Source: an uncultured Acidobacteriota bacterium
GTDB lineage: Bacteria; Acidobacteriota; Thermoanaerobaculia; Multivoradales; UBA5704
Length of the DNA stretch: 64,000 nt
Assembly: GCA_963700145.1 (NCBI GenBank)
Contig: OY969474.1
Location: forward strand, 928,001 to 992,000
Direction of reading: 5' to 3'
The stretch's first letter is position 1. The number at the start of each line of letters is the position of its first letter. The notes below the pieces were generated by a model that saw nothing but the letters and a program-made list of their open reading frames with translations, searched no databases and was not told where the DNA came from. The translations under genes and the position numbers were made by a program. Shown piece by piece: positions 1 through 6,576 of this stretch.

Positions 1-132
1 CGCTGGGTCGCCCTGGCGCTGTGTGACGCGGAGGCTGGCTTCCGGCGTGTCAAGGGACATCGGCACCTCGGGGCTCTCGAGCTCGCGCTCGCGGCGATCG
101 AGGAACCGACGAACACCAAGGCCGTGGCATGA
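1..132 (+). CDS. IS256-like transposase, C-terminal 43 aa (partial)
   Basis: Open frame from base 1 to TGA at 130-132. Not in the ORF track because it has no start codon. Confidence 0.65.
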   Translation, partial: RWVALALCDAEAGFRRVKGHRHLGALELALAAIEEPTNTKAVA

Positions 133-184
133 TCAACCGAGCCGCTTTCCCTCTTTCGGCTTTCAACAGGGAACGGGGCATCCC
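1..184 (+). mobile_element. Right end of an IS256-family-like insertion sequence (transposase C-terminus plus terminal inverted repeat), truncated by the window edge
   Basis: Frame 1 of 1..132 reads RWVALALCDAEAGFRRVKGHRHLGALELAL...VA*, resembling the C-terminal RW...EA..FRRVKG tail of IS256-type transposases. It is followed by TTTCAACAGGGAACGGGGCATCCC (161-184), where the neighbouring gene's WD40 sequence stops abruptly. Confidence 0.7.
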
Positions 185-2388
185 CCATCGTTGACCGCGC
201 TCGCATGGCCTTCGAGGGTGCGGACCAATGCTCCGCCGGGGGGCGTGAGACCCGGCGCCAGGGGACGCAACCAAGGCACCGTAGTCCTAGCGCGAGCCCG
301 CGAGAGCAGAGCCCCGATCTCTCCGCCCTCTTTGGAATCGGCGAGCCTCGTCTTCTGAAGCTTGGTCTGCGCCAGCACAGCGAGGATCGAGAACGCGTAC
401 CGCCAAAATCCGATCTGCCGGGCCTCGTAGGGGTAGCGGGTAATGCCCGGCAGGCGGCCGGTGAGCTGCCCGGCGAGCTCCGTGTGGTCCTTCGCCAACA
501 CATGAGCGGAGAGTCTCAGCGCTCCCTGCACGAGTCCTACTGGACTGTCGCCGACGATCGTTTCGAAGTCTCTCAGCAAGGCATTGATGTCGGTGGTCTG
601 CAGCTTCGCCGCGATCCAATCGTAGTCAAGCAGCAATGCCCGCAGCTCGTCGCGACGGTTGGCCTTCGCCAAGTGGTCGCTCAGGCGATACCAGAGGTAG
701 GGTTCGTCGGCCGACAGCGTCCACCAGGCGCGGTGGGTTTCCGGAGTCGCTGGCGCGAGAGACAGGGCGAAGGCATCCAGCAGGCTGGAATGGAGCGTGC
801 CGATATCGTCGGCCGCGAGCTGCAGGAAGTCCCGCTGCAGGTCGTGGAAGCGAAGGCTTGCGGTGCTATCTCTACCCTCGAGATACAACAGGCCCTTCCT
901 CTCCAGGCCTGCGAGCAACCGGCGAGACTCGTAGTCCTGCAGGTCGCCCGTATGCGCCCAGAGCCGGGCGACGACCGGCACAGGCATCAGCAGGTCTTCC
1001 GGCGCTACGGCGAGCTCAAGGTAGCGAGCCCGGACGCCCTCCGGCAGGGCATCGAGACTAAGCCGCAGGGAGGTGAAAACGCTGGCATAAGGATGGTCCA
1101 GGAAGCGTAGGTTCCCCGCTTCCAGGGCCCCCACGATATCGGCCCATGCGGTCCCGTCGCGTACCATCGCACCGGCCACAGAGATGGCGAGCGGCAGGTA
1201 GCCGCAGCGCCTGACGAGCGTCTTTGCCTCTTCCGGCAGCGAACCCGCCGGCTCATCTATCCAGATAGAGAGGAGCGCCAAGGCCTGCTCTTCACTGAGC
1301 ACGTCGAGCTCGATGTTCTCTGCGCCGAGCGCGGTAAGTACGCCGGCGTCGCGCGTCGTAATCAGCGTCCGGCATCGGGCGCCCGTCACCTCAAAGGCGC
1401 GTGCGTGGTCGGTGCGCCACACGTCGTCGAGCACCAAAAGGCTGGCGCGGTCTGTGGAGAGGTCGCGGATCTGGTCACTGCCAGAGGCAACCGAATCGAC
1501 TACCGCCGGTGCGCCCGTGAGCTGTTGGATGAGGCCCGACTGCAGGCTCAGAACATCCGGGCTCTGGCCGAGCGTTAGCCAGTGGATGCCGTCAGGGAAG
1601 GCCAGCCGCACGGACGCGTCGTGCACGAGATCGATGGCCGCGACGGTCTTGCCCAGGCCCCCCTGCCCGAAGAGACCCACCGCGCCGGCTGTGTTTTCCA
1701 CACCCGCGCCGGTAATGCCCACCGCGTCGCGGGATCCAGTGAGCAGGGCGCTTTGAGTGCGGTGGCGGACATCGAGGCGCGGGATGTGATGAGGCCGCTG
1801 CGCCGGCACGCCGAAGAGCTTCCCTGGCACGGGACCGGACGCGGGCAGCAGCGGGGTCGGCCGCGCTTCGTCGCCAAACCGAGCCTCCTGCGTGGTTGCT
1901 ATCCCGGCAGCCTCGGTAAGTCCCGCTACCCTCGCGACTCTGTAGAGTTGGTCGAAAATCTCTGCGAGAGCCTCGTCGCGCTTGTCGCCCCGCAACTGCT
2001 TTAGCGGCCTATCAGGGGATCTTGGCCATTGGAACTCGAGCAGCTCGGGGCACGCTCGCTTCACATTGCTGCTGCCGACGGGCACACAGATGATGACGAC
2101 TTCGTCCGAGGCCGCTGCTTCCAGGATCCGCGGCAATTCCTCGCTCGTGATGAAGTCAGATCCGAGAAAGTCCTGGCTGACGAGGAGGACGGCGATGCGT
2201 GCCCGCGCCAGCCCGTCGCCGATCTCGCGCCGCCAGCGCTCGCCGGTCTGGATGTAGGGGTCCGCCCACAGTCGGCCGCCCTCTTTGTACGACTGCCCCC
2301 AGGGAAAAGGCTTGAGAAAGATCCGCAGCCGCTCGAGCCACACCTCGTCCTTGTGGCTGTAGCTGACGAAGATGGAGTCCCGAGCCAT
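163..2388 (-). pseudogene. TIR + NB-ARC (STAND) + APAF-1-like helical domain protein, WD40 repeats cut off by the IS
   Basis: TIR motifs IFVSYSHKD...LLVSQDFLGSDFITSEELP; Walker A GQGGLGKT; Walker B LLVLDDVW; GYLPLAI; FHDL; LLDYDWIAAKL. The first WD40 starts LVRTLEGHASAVND, then runs into IS sequence and a stop. Confidence 0.8.
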
Positions 2389-2412
2389 GGGTGTCTACTC
2401 CGGCGTTCGGCC

Positions 2413-2625
2413 TCAAGTGCGGTCGTGCTTCTCGCGGATTCCTTCGAGGTCGATACCCTTGGCGATACCGCGTAGCGCGTCGAGCGGGCGCTCGGGGACG
2501 AGAATGATGATCCCGTGCCTCTTAGCGATCATCTGGAAGGCCTGGCCTGCTTCAATGGGCACTGCGTGACGGGTCTCCTCGGGGATCTCGACGCGATAAT
2601 GGGCGGAGACCACGGTCCGTGCCAT
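2413..2625 (-). CDS. AbrB/MazE/SpoVT-type DNA-binding protein (orphan antitoxin-like)
   Basis: MARTVVSAHYRVEIPEETRHAVPIEAGQ fits the swapped-hairpin pattern. TACAAT lies 6 nt upstream of ATG 2625. Confidence 0.7.
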   Translation of the reverse strand: MARTVVSAHYRVEIPEETRHAVPIEAGQAFQMIAKRHGIIILVPERPLDALRGIAKGIDLEGIREKHDRT

Positions 2626-2832
2626 GCCCTCATTGTATGAGGCGCCTGGCGACGCCAAGGTTCTAGCTTGCCTTTATGAGCCGACCGCGGCTCGACGTTG
2701 CGCGTTTTCGCGCGGCGAGTACCACGCCGTTCGTGGTCGTGGTGAGCGGTGCTGCGCTGGCGTACTGCGTGCTGGCGAGGGCCGCTTCGACTAGAATGTC
2801 GTGGGGCACTGGACCGCGGAGCGTCACGCAAG

Positions 2833-3072
2833 ATGTACCGGATCACCCTTGAAATTGAGCAACTGCCTGAAGGTCCATATCTCGGCACGAGCCCGGATCT
2901 CCCGGGGCTCGTCGTGCAGGGCGACAGTGTCCAAGAGGTCCTCAGACTGGCGCCGGATCTGGCCCATGACCTCATCGCCGTAATGCGCGAGACGAACCAG
3001 CAACTGCCGCCAGGCCTCGAGACGGTCACCGTCACCGCCCCAGGTCGCGTCTCCGTCCTCGTTCCTGCTTGA
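2833..3072 (+). CDS. hicB: HicB-like antitoxin
   Basis: YRITLEIEQLPEGPYLGTSPDLPGLVVQGDSVQEVL is a typical HicB N-terminal fold. Overlaps the hicA start (TTGA). Confidence 0.8.
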   Translation: MYRITLEIEQLPEGPYLGTSPDLPGLVVQGDSVQEVLRLAPDLAHDLIAVMRETNQQLPPGLETVTVTAPGRVSVLVPA

Positions 3073-3275
3073 CCTATCGCGAGCTGACCCACCACCTCCG
3101 GCGGTTGGGTTGCGAGCTCAAGCGCCAGAGCAAAGGAAGCCACGAGGTCTGGCACAACCCACGCCACAATCGATCGGCAGTCATCCCGAGACATCCCGGC
3201 GATCTTCCTGCCGGTACGCTGCGGGCGATCCTCAAGGGTCTCGGCATCTCTCCAGACAAGCTGCGCTCCGATTGA
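3069..3275 (+). CDS. hicA: HicA-family mRNA interferase toxin
   Basis: LRRLGC...RQSKGSHEVWHNP...VIPRHPGDLPAGTLRAILK contains the GSH catalytic motif. Confidence 0.85.
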   Translation: MTYRELTHHLRRLGCELKRQSKGSHEVWHNPRHNRSAVIPRHPGDLPAGTLRAILKGLGISPDKLRSD

Positions 3276-3374
3276 GCAGAGCGCGAGCTCCTTTCTTCCT
3301 GCGGGAATAAGTTCTGCATTGGCGCAACTTCGTTCCCAGGCGGGTGCCGTTAAGGCTGCCTGCGGGAGGAAGCC

Positions 3375-3614
3375 ATGCAGCGCCAGCCGGTCGAGTCGTC
3401 GAGCCTTGCGAGCGTGGGGTACGAGGAGTGGACCCGGACGCTGGAGGTGGAGTTCCGCAACGGCGGGGTGTACCGCTACCTCGGCGTGCCGGCTTCCGTC
3501 CATGAGGCCCTGCTGACCGCCGAGTCCCGCGGCGCGTTCCTGAACACTCGCATCAAGCCTTATTACCCCTACCAGCGGGTGCTGCCGCCGGCCGGTCACG
3601 CCGCTGCGGGATAG
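3375..3614 (+). CDS. KTSC domain protein
   Basis: VESSSLASVGY...LEVEFRNGGVYRYLGVP...AESRGAFLN. Confidence 0.9.
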   Translation: MQRQPVESSSLASVGYEEWTRTLEVEFRNGGVYRYLGVPASVHEALLTAESRGAFLNTRIKPYYPYQRVLPPAGHAAAG

Positions 3615-5244
3615 TCAGGAGGAAGGGGCCGAGCTGGAGGCGGCCGCGGAAGGGGGCTTCGGCTATCCAGAAGGAGTTGCCGCGCAGGGCAACGAGGCCG
3701 GGGCCCAGGCGGAGACGCTCACCGGGGGGCTCGGAGAGGACGAAGAGGAGGCGGCGCGTCTCGGGCGGGAGGGCGAGCTGGGAGAGGGCCTTCTGGAAGG
3801 GCTGGTGGCCGCGGGTGGTGAGGGCGAAGTCCTCCTCCGGGACGACGAAGACGACTTGGTACTCCGGCAGGTACCACTGCAGGTGGCGGTGCCAGGGGTA
3901 GAGGAAGCCCTCGGCGCCGGCGGGGCCGCTGCCTGACAGCTCGGCCGTGGCGAGCACCGTCGTCTCCGGCGGGTAGCCGCGCACGATCTCGATCACGCGG
4001 TCCAGCTCGCGCTCGAAGCTCTCGATGGCGCCGCGGTTGAACTCGTGGCGGACCAGCGCCCAGGCGCGCGGCTGGTCGGGGCGGCGGTCGGCGCCGAAGA
4101 GGAAGAGGCCGAGGCCGAGCACCGCGGCGAGGGCGATGCCGGCGACGGCGCGCGCGCGGCCGGCGGCCAGCGCCGGGGCGGCGGCAAGCGCCAGCGCCGC
4201 GAGCAGCGCCGGCAGGTGGATCAGCGTGTAACCGGCCTTGGTGACGTGGAAGAGGGCGAAGAAGGCGAGCGGCGGGAGGGCCCAGACGAGGAGCCAGTCG
4301 AGCCGGCGGGCGAGAAGCCGTAGGCCGGCGGCGACGGCGCGCGGCGTCGCGGCCCAGAGCGTGAGGAGAGCGACGGCGCCGGGGAGCATCCCCTGGAGCG
4401 ACCACTTCACCAGCACCTCCAGGTTGTGCGCCAGCGCCGGCCAGCCGGCGCCGTAGAGGACGGAGGTCTGCGGCAGGAGGGTGGCGAAGTGCTCGCCCGC
4501 GACGCGGCGGTAGACGGCATAGCCGCCGGCCAGAGCCCAGAGCGGCAGGAGCCAGGTGAGGACGAGGGAGGCGGCGAGGGAGGCGCCGGCGGCGAGTGTG
4601 CGCCAGGAGAGGCGGCCGGAGCGCCAGCCGTGGTAGGCGCCGTAGGCGACGAGCGGCGCGAGGAGGACCATCGTCGACTGGCGGAGGCCGCCGGCTAGGG
4701 CGAAGAGGGCGCAGGTGAGGAAGAAGGCGCGAGGGGATTCGGAGGCGCGAATCGCGCCGTAGGCGATGGCGACGGCGAGGCCGCCCTCGACGGCGTAGAC
4801 GAGCGGCAGTTCGGCGTAGAACCAGAGGAGGGGGTTGGTGGCGTAGAGGAGGCCGGCGAAAAGGGGGGCGTTGAACGGCCCCCCGCCCAGATCCTTCGCT
4901 TCGCTCAGGATGACATGGGGGAAAGCGAGGCGAGCGACCAGGAGGACCATGAGGCCGGCGCCGAGGGCGCTGGAGAGGATCGAGAGGGCCACCATCGCGT
5001 CGAGCGGCTCGATGCCTACCCAGGCGAAGGCTTTGAGGAGGGCGATGTAGAGGGGGTAGCCGGGGGGGTGCGGATGGTGAGCGGCGAGGTCGAAGCGCTC
5101 GACGCCGAGGGCGAACTGGACGGAGTCGTGGTCCCAGAGGCGGCGGGCGGCGAAGGGGAGGCGGAGGAGGAAAGCGAAGGCGGCTACGGCGGTGGCCGCT
5201 AAGCACAGGTGCCCCCCGCCCAGATCCTTGCGAGCCCCAGTCAT
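3553..5244 (-). CDS. GT-C-type (ArnT/PMT/DUF2723-like) polytopic membrane glycosyltransferase
   Basis: Luminal motif WDHDSVQFALG...HHPHPPGYPLY and many TM helices. Carries an in-frame repeat-derived peptide VILSEAKDLGGG. Confidence 0.65.
   Translation of the reverse strand: MTGARKDLGGGHLCLAATAVAAFAFLLRLPFAARRLWDHDSVQFALGVERFDLAAHHPHPPGYPLYIALLKAFAWVGIEPLDAMVALSILSSALGAGLMVLLVARLAFPHVILSEAKDLGGGPFNAPLFAGLLYATNPLLWFYAELPLVYAVEGGLAVAIAYGAIRASESPRAFFLTCALFALAGGLRQSTMVLLAPLVAYGAYHGWRSGRLSWRTLAAGASLAASLVLTWLLPLWALAGGYAVYRRVAGEHFATLLPQTSVLYGAGWPALAHNLEVLVKWSLQGMLPGAVALLTLWAATPRAVAAGLRLLARRLDWLLVWALPPLAFFALFHVTKAGYTLIHLPALLAALALAAAPALAAGRARAVAGIALAAVLGLGLFLFGADRRPDQPRAWALVRHEFNRGAIESFERELDRVIEIVRGYPPETTVLATAELSGSGPAGAEGFLYPWHRHLQWYLPEYQVVFVVPEEDFALTTRGHQPFQKALSQLALPPETRRLLFVLSEPPGERLRLGPGLVALRGNSFWIAEAPFRGRLQLGPFLLTIPQRRDRPAAAPAGRGNKA
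4879..4915. repeat. REP-like palindromic repeat, copy 1 (inside a CDS)
   Basis: CCCCCCGCCCAGATCCTTCGCTTCGCTCAGGATGACA; related copies at 5212, 25317 and 27775. Confidence 0.85.
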
Positions 5245-5316
5245 GGGCTCGCTACCCGTAAGGTCGCCTGCCGGAGCAGGCGGTTGGATTGCGGGTTCGC
5301 TACGCTCAGGATGACA
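5212..5316. repeat. REP-like repeat, copy 2, split by a ~66-nt structured insert
   Basis: CCCCCCGCCCAGATCCTT (5212-5229) ... TTCGCTACGCTCAGGATGACA (5296-5316). Confidence 0.75.
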
Positions 5317-5878
5317 GTCCTTGGTAGAAGGAGAGCGCCGTCTCGCCGTAGTGCCGTTCGCTCACTCGCGTGAGGCCGGCGGCCTCCTCGGCGAGCGGCG
5401 CGCGCGCGGAGTGCTCGATTGCTGCCTCGCCGTCCTCCGCCAGCAATGGCGCCAGCCGCCGCAGCAGCTCCGCGTACTCGGTGAAGGCGTAAGGAGGATC
5501 GGCGAAGATCAAGTCGAACGCCAGCTCCCCTTGCTCCACCAACCGGGAGAGGCCGCGCGGGAGCGGCACTCGCCACACTGCAATCTGCCTTTCTTCTCCA
5601 CCCAGCTCTTTGATGTTGGCGCGCAGTGTGCGCACTGCCCGAGCGTCGTCTTCGAGGCACAACACGCGCACGGCGCCGCGGCTCGCTGCCTCGATCCCGA
5701 CCGCGCCACTGCCGGCGAAGAGGTCGAGGAAGCGCGCGCCGGGGAGGCGGTCGCCCCAGATCGAGAAGAGCGCTTCGCGCACGCGGCCTTCCGTCGGCCG
5801 CGCGCCCGGGGGCACCGCCACCGCCCGCCCGCGCAACGCGCCGCCGCTGATGCGCAGGACCGGCCGGCCGCCCTTCAC
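5306..5878 (-). CDS. rsmD: 16S rRNA m2G966 methyltransferase
   Basis: RISGGALRGR...RPTEGRVREALFS, FLDLFAGSGAVGIEAASRGA, DLIFADPPY. Confidence 0.93.
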   Translation of the reverse strand: MKGGRPVLRISGGALRGRAVAVPPGARPTEGRVREALFSIWGDRLPGARFLDLFAGSGAVGIEAASRGAVRVLCLEDDARAVRTLRANIKELGGEERQIAVWRVPLPRGLSRLVEQGELAFDLIFADPPYAFTEYAELLRRLAPLLAEDGEAAIEHSARAPLAEEAAGLTRVSERHYGETALSFYQGLSS

Positions 5879-6576
5879 CGCGGCGGCAGCCGGCCGCTGC
5901 CGCGCCCGAGGTACTCCACGAACTCGCGCCGCAGCTCCTCGCGCAGCACGTAGAGGGTGAGCGGCTGGTCGAGGCCGGTCAGCTCCACGGCCTTGTTGTC
6001 CATGGTGAAGCCGGCGACGCGATAGACGAAGCCGTCCGCCCGCCGCAGCAGGTCGCCGCGTTGCGGCCGGTAGCCCGCCGGAAGCTCGGCCGCGACGCGG
6101 ACGGTGAGGCCGGTCGTCAAGTCGTCAGCGATCCGCAGGAGCTGCGCGAGCGCCAGCGGCAGGGTGTCGTAGCGGCCGAAGTCGAAGTCGCGGGGCGGTT
6201 TGCCGGGGAGCGCCAGCTCCAGCTTGCACCGCTCGACCCACTCGCCTTCGACTCCTTTCGAGAGACGCCGTACCTCGGAGAGATCGACCTGCGCGAGGCG
6301 CCGGACGAAGGCGTCCAGCTCGTCCGGCCCCAGCTCGCGCAGGGCTGACAGCTCCTTCCCAGGCGCCCCCTCGACCAGGCGGACGGTGCCGCGCTCGAAG
6401 AGCGTCACCTCGCGGCGGCCGATCGTGCTGGCGCAGTCGAGGCGGAGGAGCTGGGGAACGCGCGGGGCCGGCGCTTCCGAAGGGGCGGAGCCCGCCTGCG
6501 CGAAAACACGCCCGGCACGTGGGCCGGGCGCTACGAAGAGACACGCGGTCGCGAGGACGAGCGCCGCGCGCTTCAT
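5875..6576 (-). CDS. Hypothetical exported protein
   Basis: Likely start MKRAALVLATAC (signal-like) at 6576, coupled to both neighbours by 4-nt overlaps. The upstream part of the track ORF is a shadow frame. Confidence 0.65.
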   Translation of the reverse strand: MKRAALVLATACLFVAPGPRAGRVFAQAGSAPSEAPAPRVPQLLRLDCASTIGRREVTLFERGTVRLVEGAPGKELSALRELGPDELDAFVRRLAQVDLSEVRRLSKGVEGEWVERCKLELALPGKPPRDFDFGRYDTLPLALAQLLRIADDLTTGLTVRVAAELPAGYRPQRGDLLRRADGFVYRVAGFTMDNKAVELTGLDQPLTLYVLREELRREFVEYLGRGSGRLPPR

